From the IMG/VR virus record IMGVR_UViG_3300035703_000042, positions 31,021-95,020 of that record: 64,000 bases of DNA, one strand, 5' to 3'. Source of the stretch: a virus. The first letter of the stretch is position 1; each line of letters begins with the position of its first letter. The notes under the pieces are model-generated. The model searched no databases, was not told where the DNA came from, and was given only the letters and a program-made list of their open reading frames with translations. Position numbers and translations under genes: made by a program. Positions 49,641 to 59,986 of this stretch are shown in pieces.

Positions 49641-50006
49641 ATGAACGAGAACATTCGGCGATTGGCCCAACAGGCCGGATTCATGTTTTGGGACGACGAG
49701 CCACATCGCCCATTGGGCTCGGATATAGACTGGGCAGCACAGTATGATCAGGAATTTGATGATTACACCCGAGCCTTGATCCGAGAGGTGGTGTCACTGG
49801 AACGGTCAGGAACCAATGTGTTGGAACATTTTGGCATTGAGACTTCGGGTCGAGAAATCGTGGAAGTGGATTTTTCCGACCAAGACCTCTTGACCTATGC
49901 CAAGATCGCGCACGATCGAGACATCACTCTCAACAAATTGATCGAGCAGGCCTTGGTGGATTTCATCCTAGATCACGAAAAGGAACAGCAATGCGCGTCC
50001 GAATAG
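49641..50006 (+). CDS. Divergent MNERI-family domain fused to a possible DNA-binding C-terminus
   Basis: MNENIRRLAQQAG...LIREV...EHFGIE then AHDRDITLNKLIE. Confidence 0.5.
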   Translation: MNENIRRLAQQAGFMFWDDEPHRPLGSDIDWAAQYDQEFDDYTRALIREVVSLERSGTNVLEHFGIETSGREIVEVDFSDQDLLTYAKIAHDRDITLNKLIEQALVDFILDHEKEQQCASE

Positions 50007-50707
50007 GCCCATATACCCGCTGGTTCGGTCCTTACCAGTTGGCAGAGTTACTCTGTTTCTGGGTCAAAGAAGAAAAGGACGAACACGGTTTCCTCCAGAA
50101 GCCTGACTGGGTACACGATTTCGGCGAATGGCTGGCTCACGGTAGTGTGGAGCCTGAGCCCCGGGTAGGAGAAGTGCGCCCTTTTGCCAGAGAACGTCCC
50201 ATGACTTGGCTTTTCCGGTTCCTATCTTGGATACACTCAAAACAGAAACGAGTCATCAAAGTCCGGATCGATCCCTGGGATACCTGGAGCATGGATCATA
50301 CATTAGCACACATCATCCTTCCAATGTTGAAACAGCTCAACAAGCGCAAGCACGGTGCTCCTTATGTGGATCTCGCGGATGTGCCCGAGGAACTGCACGG
50401 CGAACCACTTACCCAGCAGCAGAAGGACGAGGGCGAGCTAGACGACAAGCATTTTGAACGTTGGGACTGGGTACTCAAAGAAATGATCTTTGCCTTCGAG
50501 TCAAAGTTGGACGATTCCTGGGAACAGCAGTTCGAATCGGGTGAAAGCGATCATCAACTCTTACAACTGGAAAATGGTATGAGCCAGATGATCAACGGTC
50601 CCAACCATACCAGAGTTTATGACTGGGAAGGACGTAAAGTTTACGAAGCCCGGATCCAAAACGGATTCCGATTGTTTGGAAAATACTATCAAAACCTCTG
50701 GGACTGA
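49991..50707 (+). CDS. Hypothetical phage protein
   Basis: WDTWSMDHTLA..I.P.L, C-terminal LFGKYYQNLWD. Confidence 0.65.
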   Translation: MRVRIGPYTRWFGPYQLAELLCFWVKEEKDEHGFLQKPDWVHDFGEWLAHGSVEPEPRVGEVRPFARERPMTWLFRFLSWIHSKQKRVIKVRIDPWDTWSMDHTLAHIILPMLKQLNKRKHGAPYVDLADVPEELHGEPLTQQQKDEGELDDKHFERWDWVLKEMIFAFESKLDDSWEQQFESGESDHQLLQLENGMSQMINGPNHTRVYDWEGRKVYEARIQNGFRLFGKYYQNLWD

Positions 50708-51221
50708 CACATGACCAATATCACAAACTATCTTCGCTGGGCCGCGAGAGGGGCCGTGACCAGTGTGTTCTTTTGGCTGGAAACAGTGTTCATGCTGGGT
50801 CTGGTCAGTATGGCAGCCGGATGTCCGGTATGGCAGTGGATGGTGGTACCGGCCGGTGTGGGCATCCTGATCTATCTCGGAGTATATGCTGTTCGTAGCC
50901 ACTATCAACTCTATCTTGTCGAACAGCAACGAGTCATGGAGCGTCTGGGCGGGAACGGTCGCTCATGATGGCCAACTCTTGTGCAGTGATATCCAACATG
51001 GTGGATGAATTATTCCAGGCCCAGAATCCCCCGTGTCGCGCGGGTGTTCGGATCACTCAATCACAGTACGATGGCTGGCGGTCGGGATGGATCTTTGACG
51101 GTATCCGCGGACGACGCTATGGTGAGGCCTGGTGCGACCATTTTGACATACAGGACTATCTCATACGATATTCGGACACAGTGGAATCGGCACACAGGAT
51201 GATACAGGAATGGTACGTGCG

Positions 51222-51650
51222 ATGAAGTCACGACTCTATTGGGCCTACGGTGCCAATCTCAACCAACGATCCATGGCACAGCGATGTCCCAATGCTGTGC
51301 CACAAGGTGCCCAATATGTGGATGGCATGAGCCTGATGTTTGCCGGAGTGGCCACCGTGACTGCCGGCCATCGATGCCCCGGGGCACTGTGGTCAATCAC
51401 TCCTGAATGCGAGCAACATCTAGACTGGTTTGAAGGCTATCCTTTCCATTATCGCAAAGAGTATTTCGATCTCGGCGGCGAATCAGTCATGTACTATGTG
51501 ATCAATGACGCCGAACCTGGTGTGCCCACGCAATCCTATGTGGACATGATACGCCAGGGTTATCGAGACTTTGGCTTGGATCAGGATTATCTGGACCAGG
51601 CCGTGGAGACCGCATGCCAACACCGAGAATCAACACCACAACTGATCTAG
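51222..51650 (+). CDS. Gamma-glutamylcyclotransferase-like protein
   Basis: YWAYGANLN, LDWFEGYP. Confidence 0.8.
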   Translation: MKSRLYWAYGANLNQRSMAQRCPNAVPQGAQYVDGMSLMFAGVATVTAGHRCPGALWSITPECEQHLDWFEGYPFHYRKEYFDLGGESVMYYVINDAEPGVPTQSYVDMIRQGYRDFGLDQDYLDQAVETACQHRESTPQLI

Positions 51651-51997
51651 ACGTTTTCCTGCACGAGATTGACCATCGCAGTGCCGAAAGTTTCCGGTTC
51701 GCTCGAGAAATCCACAAGCCCTCGGGCACCATAGATCGTATCTTGCCATGGTGCAAGACCGAGCTCGTGGGTGTCTGGCGCTGGCAAATGGTGGAGATGA
51801 GCGGCGATCACAGGCCCGGACGCTACGTCTTTTACTTCGACGAGCCCAAAGACTACACGGCTTTCATGCTCAAATGGGGCTAGTTATCCGTTTTGGTTGA
51901 TCAGTTAAACTGAGTTTATTATACTGGATCTTGCACATATATAAACTTACGGCCTTTGAGCACGGGCCCTTGTGGCACCGAAACACAGGAGACTGTA

Positions 51998-52546
51998 ATG
52001 ACAAATCTAGCTAGGTTGGTGACTTTGGTTGCCACAGGAGTGATAGTAGCAACTGTATTGGTATTGGTCACACAACACAAATTCAACCGTTTAGAAGCAC
52101 GTCGCATGGCCGATCCCGTGCAGTACAGTTCGGTGAAAGATCTGGATCGCCAACTGCGATGCATGGCACAGAACATCTACTGGGAAGCTGCAGGCGAACC
52201 GCCCGAAGGCAAATTGGCCGTGGGGCAGATCGTGCTCAATCGCGTGGCACACGAAGATTTCCCCAAGGACCCTTGCCAGGTCATATTCCAGCGCAACGTG
52301 GTCTATAGCCGCGTGGTGTGCCAGTTTTCTTGGTACTGCGAAAACAACTATCGTACTCGGGCCATGAATCCCGAATCCTATCGTGAAAGCATGGAAGCGG
52401 CCAAGATGGTGTTGCTGGAAGGATTCCGGCTACCGGCCCTGGAAAACGCTCTCTACTATCATGCCGACTATGTGAACCCACAATGGCGCAAAGAGCGTGT
52501 GGCCAAGATCGGACGGCATATTTTCTATCGTGAAAGGCAAATCTAA
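51998..52546 (+). CDS. SleB-like cell wall hydrolase (Hydrolase_2)
   Basis: CMAQNIYWEA.GE, V.NRV, CQFSW, YYHADYV.P.W, IGRHIFY. Confidence 0.88.
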   Translation: MTNLARLVTLVATGVIVATVLVLVTQHKFNRLEARRMADPVQYSSVKDLDRQLRCMAQNIYWEAAGEPPEGKLAVGQIVLNRVAHEDFPKDPCQVIFQRNVVYSRVVCQFSWYCENNYRTRAMNPESYRESMEAAKMVLLEGFRLPALENALYYHADYVNPQWRKERVAKIGRHIFYRERQI

Positions 52547-52851
52547 TGGCACAGTTTGACATCAAACGCATGGCCGATGCTGTGGCTCGATATGTGGCCC
52601 CAGTGTCATCGGAGACCTTGGCCTGGTTGGCAGTGGTACTGATCCATGCCAGCACAGTGCCTACCTTGTTGGCTGTGCTGGCCGGACTCAGTGACAATCT
52701 ACCCACAGTGGACATGGTGCTCATGACCTGGGCCGGTCTGGCAGCGTTCTTTGCTCAGGCCTGTGTGCAACGGAACATGCTGCAGATCATCACCATTTCG
52801 GTGGGATTCATGATGCAGGCTTCTTTGCTAGTATTGATTTTCTTCAAGTAG
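52546..52851 (+). CDS. Three-TM membrane protein
   Basis: Hydrophobic; coupled to the hydrolase gene. Confidence 0.6.
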   Translation: MAQFDIKRMADAVARYVAPVSSETLAWLAVVLIHASTVPTLLAVLAGLSDNLPTVDMVLMTWAGLAAFFAQACVQRNMLQIITISVGFMMQASLLVLIFFK

Positions 52852-54793
52852 TCGGCAGTGCCGGTCCGGCCCACTGCCCAGACTGCCGCCACGGACCTGA
52901 CCAAGTGATGGGTTCTTGGAATGGTTGCCAAGTGAGTTGATACTTCCATTCAAAGTCGGCTTGCCATGCTCCGTTGGCATCTATGTCAAAGTGATATCGA
53001 GCTTCAAAACTGTCTCCGTGTTGTGGGCAGTTATAATCACCAAATTCGGGCATGTCGATGCCGGGATCAAATCGCAGGTCTAAGCGGAACGCCCCCACTG
53101 CCAGCCAAAGTACTCGGAGCAAGGCCCAGATTTCGTTGGCAGCTGAATCCACTACCGGGTGTACGTTCAGCTCGATGATGTCAAAATCAAAGTCTTCAAA
53201 ATCGATGTCATTGTTGATGTTGGCAGCATCGTATTCTAGGGTGTAATGACGTCCATCTTCAATGCTGGGTCTCTCTTGCGGAACACCATAGTCCACACTG
53301 CGATTTTTCAGCAGATGATTGAGCAAGATATTGGTAATCTTGTATCGGATGAGCCGATGCACGATGGTGTTTTTTAGATCCTGGGTGTACCAATGATGTG
53401 ACAGCTTTTGGTCCACAGGTGCGATACCAAATCTCTCGCGCTCGAGATGCAACGGCGTGTCCATACCAATCTGGCAGGTGCCGGTGCTGCGGTTGGTGAT
53501 GTTGCACTCTCTGGTGCGCCATAGCAGTGTCATGGTTTCGGCGATGTTGGCCACGGTTTCTCCAGGGAATCCCACAAACCAATTGGTGTGTACCTGCATG
53601 CCGGCTGCTGTGAAGTCTTTCATGTTTTGTTCAATGGCATCGCGTTTCACGGCCTTGCGCATGAGATTCAGCACATTTTGGCTGCCTGATTCTACACCAA
53701 AGCTCAGCATATGGCAACCGCTGAGACGTAGATCTTCGATGAAATCGCGATCCATGCGAGCGTCGCACCTGGCATAACCAAACCATCGGATATTGATGCC
53801 ACGTTGTTGTATACCTTGCGCGAATGATCTCAGCTCTCGTAGATTGCCGTTGACCAGGCTGTCAATGAACCACACCGAGTTGATACCATGTGTGCGATAC
53901 TGATAGTCGATCTCGTCGAGGATGTTGGTGGCCGATCGACCTCGATATCTCCAGAACGTGGTCTCGGAACAGAATTCGCACTTGGCCACGCATCCACGGC
54001 TCATTTCTGCGCTGACACCGCGATTGTTGTAGAAGTCAAGATTGAAATCAGTGTAGTCGGGATAAGGAAGACTGTCGAGGTCTATCTTGATGTTCTTGTC
54101 ATGGAACAGGAATTTTTCCGGCAGGCTCTTTCCATGCTCGTAGCGATCCAGGAGATCCAGGAATATTATCTCACCTTCGCCGGCCACGATGTGATCGAAA
54201 AGATCGGGTCTTGTTATCAAGCCCTTGGTGGCCTGCGGTCCGCCGGCCATGAACACTGCATTGGGTAATAGTTCTCTCAAGCGTTCTACCAACCAATTGG
54301 TGCTTTGATTTGATGTGTCATAGACACTGACACCAACAATGGTGGGCGAGAATTCCACGATTTGGGTGATGTAATCGTGATATATGTTTTCAATGAAAGG
54401 GTGTATGTCAGTCCAGTAGGCAGCATGCACCCATTTCCAGGCCTGATAACCGCCCCAGAACGAGTGATCAAACTGCGAGTAACAGGCTGCATTGATGTCA
54501 AATGCCCGGCTTTCGTAGCCGGAAGCTCGTGCTAGACTCAACATGCGAGCCAGATTGTAGGGCGGCATGTGCGGACTCCACTCGGGAGTGAGCAACAGTG
54601 CCACGCGATTACGCCTGGTCACATCATAGGATATCTTCACTGTTTCAGAACGCGCCCGAGGCACCAATTGATCTACCTGTTTCAGGGCAGTGAGCACGGC
54701 CTGATGTTTGGCATCTTCGAGTTCGTTGTTGGGGGCAACATCCAAGGCTGGGGTAGCCGGTCCGGACCCGATAGGGAAAACCTTGTTTTTCAT
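52844..54793 (-). CDS. Cobalamin-binding radical SAM enzyme
   Basis: GGPQAT, GEGE, SRGCVAKCEFC, GVESGS, VGFPGET. Confidence 0.88.
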   Translation of the reverse strand: MKNKVFPIGSGPATPALDVAPNNELEDAKHQAVLTALKQVDQLVPRARSETVKISYDVTRRNRVALLLTPEWSPHMPPYNLARMLSLARASGYESRAFDINAACYSQFDHSFWGGYQAWKWVHAAYWTDIHPFIENIYHDYITQIVEFSPTIVGVSVYDTSNQSTNWLVERLRELLPNAVFMAGGPQATKGLITRPDLFDHIVAGEGEIIFLDLLDRYEHGKSLPEKFLFHDKNIKIDLDSLPYPDYTDFNLDFYNNRGVSAEMSRGCVAKCEFCSETTFWRYRGRSATNILDEIDYQYRTHGINSVWFIDSLVNGNLRELRSFAQGIQQRGINIRWFGYARCDARMDRDFIEDLRLSGCHMLSFGVESGSQNVLNLMRKAVKRDAIEQNMKDFTAAGMQVHTNWFVGFPGETVANIAETMTLLWRTRECNITNRSTGTCQIGMDTPLHLERERFGIAPVDQKLSHHWYTQDLKNTIVHRLIRYKITNILLNHLLKNRSVDYGVPQERPSIEDGRHYTLEYDAANINNDIDFEDFDFDIIELNVHPVVDSAANEIWALLRVLWLAVGAFRLDLRFDPGIDMPEFGDYNCPQHGDSFEARYHFDIDANGAWQADFEWKYQLTWQPFQEPITWSGPWRQSGQWAGPALPTT

Positions 54794-54854
54794 GCAGATA
54801 TTTAAGTGATTGATATTGGTTGACCAATAATTGGCTTTTGCATACACTAGTGGT

Positions 54855-55553
54855 ATGAAAAGTCACTACATGCCCCAAATGAGACCTGCTGCCCGGCGCG
54901 GAAAAGATCTCCCCAAGACTGTCGTGTCAGCCGAACGGGTATGGGCGGCCGCGGTGTACGCTCACCGTGAGAATGCCGGCGAGTACCACAAGGAAGAGCA
55001 GTGGATGATGAATGCCACTCCGCCCTATCGTGCTCACGAAGCCAACAAAACCTTGATGTGGCGAGCCATCATGGACATCAGCCTGCTCACTGAAGCCGAC
55101 TTTGAGTTCGCCCGCACTGTGCGTGACTGGACCCGCAAGGATCTCTTGATCAAGACCTTGAAAGGCGCCCTGTCTGAGTTTGATCAGGCCTTGAGTCAAG
55201 CCGCTGAGCTCGACGAATTCGTGTTGGAAAGTGATCGCTACGAGATTGCCTTGATCACTAGCCGCCCCCGGGCCTACGAAGATGGTCGGCTCATAGAAGA
55301 GGCCATGACCGGGATCCGACTCGAACCTCTAGACTCAGTGGGCGCTAAGGTCGACGAGACTGTCACAGTGGTCAAGTCGGTGTGGAGCCAGAACTACAAT
55401 GTGTACTTCATTACCGCTGTCACAGAGTCGCGGCATGCGGTGTTCTTCAGTTACAGAGAACGGCTCAGCAATGGCCACCAGTGCCGTGTGCGTGGTACTG
55501 TCAAGGCACATCGCGAAAACTCAACCCAACTCAATCGTGTGAGAATCGTATGA
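54855..55553 (+). CDS. Hypothetical protein with an OB-fold-like C-terminus
   Basis: RGTVKAH...TQLNRV; ATG 6 nt after the -10 box of promoter 54820/54843. Confidence 0.6.
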   Translation: MKSHYMPQMRPAARRGKDLPKTVVSAERVWAAAVYAHRENAGEYHKEEQWMMNATPPYRAHEANKTLMWRAIMDISLLTEADFEFARTVRDWTRKDLLIKTLKGALSEFDQALSQAAELDEFVLESDRYEIALITSRPRAYEDGRLIEEAMTGIRLEPLDSVGAKVDETVTVVKSVWSQNYNVYFITAVTESRHAVFFSYRERLSNGHQCRVRGTVKAHRENSTQLNRVRIV

Positions 55554-55885
55554 GTGACACCATAGCCCTGATGTGGGACTCGAACGGCTTGGAAGCCGCT
55601 GTGAACATCACCAGCATACGCCAACAACGAGTTTGGGCCACGCTCAAGGGCGAGGACGTTGGGAAGATTCCCGCAGAACCCAATCTCCTGCATTGGCAGC
55701 TCCGGGCGCGGTTCAACTCTCATCGCCACTACGAGATCTATCTCCTAGAATTGGAGGAAGGCATCACTGTGGACGATGTCCGAGAAGCCTTTGAAGCCGA
55801 CCCGCAGACCATGGCTGATACTGTGCGCAGGATCGGTCACCGATTCTATTCAAATCGAGCAACTGAGAAAGCAAGGATTGTATAA
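55550..55885 (+). CDS. Hypothetical protein
   Basis: Coupled ATGA start. Confidence 0.6.
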   Translation: MSDTIALMWDSNGLEAAVNITSIRQQRVWATLKGEDVGKIPAEPNLLHWQLRARFNSHRHYEIYLLELEEGITVDDVREAFEADPQTMADTVRRIGHRFYSNRATEKARIV

Positions 55886-56244
55886 TGGGCCTTGACATGT
55901 ATGCCTATGTGGCTGCTCGTGAGGGCACTGAATGGAATGATCCCAGCCGCCAAGACCTGGCCTACTGGCGCAAGCATCCACATCTACATCGCTGGATGGA
56001 ACACTTGGCCGAACGGAAAGGTCTTGAATACGATTCGTTCAATGGCGTGGAACTGGAACTGGATTGGCGCGATATCGAGCAGCTGGAAGAAGCCGTAAGC
56101 CAGATGCAACTGCCACCTGCCCAGGGATTCTTCTGGGGCAACGATGCCGACGACCACTATCGCGAGCAGGATCTGGAATTCGTGAAGAAAGCTCGTGCCG
56201 AGCTGTTCCTGAAACGGCGCGTGTTTTACAACTCAAGTTGGTAA
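55885..56244 (+). CDS. Hypothetical phage protein (MGLDMY...YWRKH)
   Basis: Coupled start; recognisable phage motif. Confidence 0.65.
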   Translation: MGLDMYAYVAAREGTEWNDPSRQDLAYWRKHPHLHRWMEHLAERKGLEYDSFNGVELELDWRDIEQLEEAVSQMQLPPAQGFFWGNDADDHYREQDLEFVKKARAELFLKRRVFYNSSW

Positions 56245-56271
56245 ATGCTTACTAACCCAGCGATTTGACGC

Positions 56272-56386
56272 GGTTGACCCGTAATTCCCAATTTCGTATA
56301 ATAAGAACATGCTGAAAAACCCATCCCGGACCGTGTTTTTTGGCACACCGCAAGTGGTTGACCAGAAATCAGCCATTTGTTATAAT
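56272..56386 (+). promoter_or_regulatory. Two tandem early promoters
   Basis: TTGACC 56274/TATAAT 56297 and TTGACC 56358/TATAAT 56381. Confidence 0.8.
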
Positions 56387-56442
56387 AGTGGTACGCTGTA
56401 AAAAACTTCAACTCATAGGCAATCAAGAAAGGCACTTTACTC

Positions 56443-56874
56443 ATGGCAACTGACAAACTCTTTACCGTAGCAGGCACCGCTCGCAACGCCGACGGCACCG
56501 TCAAGGCTCGATTCGCCAACGATCTCGTGGCTCGGATCAAGATCCTCAACAAGGCCGGCTGCACCGACATCAACCTCATCGAGCTGCCCCAGCCCATGAC
56601 CAAACTGGCCGCTCTCGAGTATCTGCAGAGCCAAGGCATCACCGAAGGCGATGCCGGCTATGCCGTGGCCAATAAACTGGCCGAGAAGAGCCGTGTGGCC
56701 CGTCGTGGTGAAGTCAAGATGACAGTGAGCACGGGTTCCAGCAAGTCCATCAAAGCCGCCAAACCCGGCAAACCAGCCACCACCAAAGGTGCTCGTGCTG
56801 TGCAACTGGGCCTGGTCCGAGACCTCGACGAGGCTCGCGAAGTATTGGGCGACGAGTTCGACGCCAAGCTCTAA
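56443..56874 (+). CDS. Hypothetical protein, probably highly expressed
   Basis: Two promoters, own terminator, strongly C-ending codons. Confidence 0.7.
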   Translation: MATDKLFTVAGTARNADGTVKARFANDLVARIKILNKAGCTDINLIELPQPMTKLAALEYLQSQGITEGDAGYAVANKLAEKSRVARRGEVKMTVSTGSSKSIKAAKPGKPATTKGARAVQLGLVRDLDEAREVLGDEFDAKL

Positions 56875-56892
56875 GCTCACTGAGCTGGCACC

Positions 56893-56919
56893 AAAAGCGG
56901 CCCTTTTTGGGCCGCTTTT
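56893..56919 (+). terminator. Intrinsic terminator
   Basis: AAAAGCGGCCC-TTTTT-GGGCCGCTTTT. Confidence 0.8.
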
Positions 56920-57521
56920 GTTTTGTGCATTGCATCTGGCATACATACATCTATGCTCGACCGTCAAGATCTCGAAGAATCAGTGCGCGATCTCATCATT
57001 GAAATCTGCGGGATCCTGTATCTTCGTGGTTACCGAGAAGTAAGCATAGGTGCCATGATGCGTCTAGTGGGAGTAGACAGCGAGTCAGCAGCCAATCACG
57101 ACCAGGACTACATCGAGCTTGGCACAGAATTCGCGGTCTTGATGTCCCAGCAAAACGATCCTGAATTGTCGGCAGTGCCGCCTGATGCCACTATCCATTA
57201 AATGACCATACCTGTATTCCGTAATCACGAACCCTTGTATCTCATCACTGTGCGGGAAAAGGATGCCGAATCCATGATCCGAGATTGGATACGAGATCAT
57301 CGAGCACAGGTCACGCAAGACAACAATCGTATCCGTATCTATGATCAGCACACACTAAATCTCTTCCAGGTCACATGGTCAGGCAACTGGGATCAGATCG
57401 TGATCTGGGACTGTTGGACTCGTCGGCACATTTGGTTAGATTCCTAGCAGTATCCGGTCAAATAAACCTTGACTACGGCTGTTATACAGCATAAAATATA
57501 TCTACAACAAGGAGAAACACA

Positions 57522-57716
57522 ATGTCAGCAAATCATGACACACTCAAAGAGCAGTTCGAAACCTATCTCGCCGAAAACGAGAAGTTCACCCAAAAAGGCG
57601 TAAAAGCTGCCGCTGCTCGTGCCAGAAAGGCCCTGCAGGAAATGTCAAAGGCCATCAAAGAGCGCCGCAAAGAAATCACTGCTGAGAAAGAAGCTCTCAG
57701 CGCGGCCAAGGAGTAG
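57522..57716 (+). CDS. Histone H1-like (Hc1-type) small basic protein
   Basis: KGVKAAAARARKAL..M.K..K..RKEI. Confidence 0.65.
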   Translation: MSANHDTLKEQFETYLAENEKFTQKGVKAAAARARKALQEMSKAIKERRKEITAEKEALSAAKE

Positions 57717-57717
57717 C

Positions 57718-57888
57718 ATGGATCACACAGATCGACCCAGTCGTCTGTGTTCTTGTGGCCGATCGGCCACGGGTTTTTGCACGGGCTTGCATCGCCTCAC
57801 CGATGAGGAATGGGATGCCCGTGTGTTTGACGAATCGTTCCAAGAACCGATTCCATCCACCAAGGAGACAACCAATGAACACCAATAG
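57718..57888 (+). CDS. CDGSH-like Fe-S/zinc-finger mini-protein
   Basis: CSCGRSATGFCTGLH (3 Cys, 1 His). Confidence 0.55.
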   Translation: MDHTDRPSRLCSCGRSATGFCTGLHRLTDEEWDARVFDESFQEPIPSTKETTNEHQ

Positions 57889-58549
57889 CATGAGTGCCGT
57901 CAGTGCCCTTAACACCGCAGTGGCCGGAGTACTGACTCGTATGACCTTGGGAGTAGTGGCCACGTTGATCGTGGCAGCCGTGATCTCTGCCCTGGGCCTA
58001 GTGTCTGTGCTGTTCTCCAGCATCTTGGGCTATGTGATCATCTTCGCACCCTTGGCCATGAGCCTGTTCCTGGCCTGGCGAGGTTCAGACATGAGCGAGT
58101 CCGCCATCCGTGCCTGGTTCTTTGCCTTTGCTGGAGTAATGGGCATCAGTCTCAGCCTCTTGATCTCGATGTTTACCACTGCCAGCATCGTGCAGGCCTT
58201 GGTGGGTACCACCGTGAGCTTTGGCGCCTTGGCCGGCTGGGGGTATTTCACCCGACGTGATTTATCGGGCTGGGGACCATTCTTGTTCGCAGGTGTGATC
58301 GGTTTGATCATTGCCGGCATCGTGGGCATCTTTGTGGAGAGCACGGCTCTGCAAATGACCTTGAACGTGCTGACCATCCTGATCTTCCTGGGCCTTACAG
58401 CCTATGACATGAACCGTATCCGCGACATGTTTTGGACGGCCAGTGCATCAGAGATTGGTCGCATGCAGTGGTTTGGTGCGCTGAGTCTCTACATCAACTT
58501 CATCAACATCTTTGTCAGCCTCTTGCAATTGTTTGGAAACCGCGAATGA
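57875..58549 (+). CDS. Bax inhibitor-1/YccA family membrane protein
   Basis: About seven TM segments; T.RDLS, TAYD, ALSLYINFINIF..LLQLFG. Confidence 0.88.
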   Translation: MNTNSMSAVSALNTAVAGVLTRMTLGVVATLIVAAVISALGLVSVLFSSILGYVIIFAPLAMSLFLAWRGSDMSESAIRAWFFAFAGVMGISLSLLISMFTTASIVQALVGTTVSFGALAGWGYFTRRDLSGWGPFLFAGVIGLIIAGIVGIFVESTALQMTLNVLTILIFLGLTAYDMNRIRDMFWTASASEIGRMQWFGALSLYINFINIFVSLLQLFGNRE

Positions 58550-58791
58550 CCGTCCGCACCGTACAGATCATCCAGGACCCCGATGACGCTGATCAGGTGT
58601 TGTTGGATCTGGGACCGGAGCTTTGTCAAGAACTGGGATGGCACCCAGGTGATCGCCTGGTGTGGCAACTCGGCGAAGATGGATCCGTGACCCTGCACAA
58701 GTGGACGCCACCCCGGGGATGGAGCGAACAGGAAGAAGAAGCCTGGCACGAACTGGAACAACGTATAAGGAACGCTCATGGATCGGGATGA
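58546..58791 (+). CDS. AbrB/SpoVT-like DNA-binding protein
   Basis: L...LCQELGW.PGD.L.W....GSVTL. Confidence 0.6.
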   Translation: MTVRTVQIIQDPDDADQVLLDLGPELCQELGWHPGDRLVWQLGEDGSVTLHKWTPPRGWSEQEEEAWHELEQRIRNAHGSG

Positions 58792-59212
58792 TGGATTACA
58801 TGCGCCCAAGATTGATCTCAGCGATCTCAATCTTGACATCTACGACTACTCACCGTCAACGGCCATAAGCGGTGGTATGTTTTCCATGACCGGTGCCCAG
58901 CCCACTCTGAGTCTGGGATCGGGCATGGATACCATCACTATTTCCGATCTTGATTGGTCTTCGAGAAGTCCCATGACCGTGCATCAAAGCGGCACCATAG
59001 ACCTGCGCGGCGAAGATGCTGACATCATGATCAATGGTGTGAGCCTCTGCGATACCTTGGAAAAGCTACAACAAAGACTGAACGTGCTCACCGTCGACCC
59101 TGAATTGGAAGCCGAGTGGGATCAGCTCCGGGCTCTCGGTGATGAATATCGACGTCTCGAAGCTGAATTGCAGGAAAAATCACAGGCCTGGAAGGCATTG
59201 AAAAAACTATGA
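58778..59212 (+). CDS. Hypothetical protein
   Basis: 144-aa ORF, coiled-coil C-terminus. Confidence 0.55.
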   Translation: MDRDDGLHAPKIDLSDLNLDIYDYSPSTAISGGMFSMTGAQPTLSLGSGMDTITISDLDWSSRSPMTVHQSGTIDLRGEDADIMINGVSLCDTLEKLQQRLNVLTVDPELEAEWDQLRALGDEYRRLEAELQEKSQAWKALKKL

Positions 59213-59985
59213 TACCTAAACAACGCATCAAATTCATCACTGGCTGGATCAAAGACTACGCCAAAAAAAATCGCATCAAGACCTTGGTGGTAGGAGTTTC
59301 TGGCGGCATTGATTCTGCAGTAGTAAGCACCTTGTGTGCTCGCACTGGCCTGCCCACCATTGCTGTGAGCATGCCTATCCGCCAAAGCAAAACCACGCAC
59401 AGCCTCAGCTTGGCTCACGGTGCTTGGTTGAGAGAAAACTTTGAAAACGTGCGGCACGAGACTGTAGATCTCACTCCCACATTCCGGCAGTTTGAAAAAC
59501 TGTTTGATGGCGGATCCGAGCTGGGCTTGGCCAACAGCCGTGCCCGACTTAGGATGATGTGCCTGTACCAAACTGCACAAGACGCTGGTGGTATCGTGGT
59601 AGGCACCGGTAACAAGGTAGAAGATTTTGGCGTGGGTTTTTATACCAAGTACGGCGATGGAGGTGTAGATATCAGTCCCATCGGAGACTGCCTCAAAACC
59701 GAAGTCTGGGCCATGGGAAGAGAGTTGGGTGTGCTCCAAGACATCATCGATGCCGCTCCCACTGACGGTCTCTGGGCCGATGGACGCACCGATGAATCAC
59801 AATTGGGCATGACCTATCCCGAACTGGAAGAGGCCATGCGATTGGATGATCTCGGTGATGACAACATCGAAATCCTCAGTCTCGACCGCACTCAACGATC
59901 ACAGTTGAAACGCTATCGCGAGATCCGTGCCCGCAATCTACACAAGATGCTGCCCATCCCGGTCTGCGTCATTCCCAAGGACTAA
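59209..59985 (+). CDS. nadE: NH3-dependent NAD+ synthetase
   Basis: [36 protein letters not shown]...TDE. Confidence 0.93.
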   Translation: MIPKQRIKFITGWIKDYAKKNRIKTLVVGVSGGIDSAVVSTLCARTGLPTIAVSMPIRQSKTTHSLSLAHGAWLRENFENVRHETVDLTPTFRQFEKLFDGGSELGLANSRARLRMMCLYQTAQDAGGIVVGTGNKVEDFGVGFYTKYGDGGVDISPIGDCLKTEVWAMGRELGVLQDIIDAAPTDGLWADGRTDESQLGMTYPELEEAMRLDDLGDDNIEILSLDRTQRSQLKRYREIRARNLHKMLPIPVCVIPKD

Positions 59986-59986
59986 T

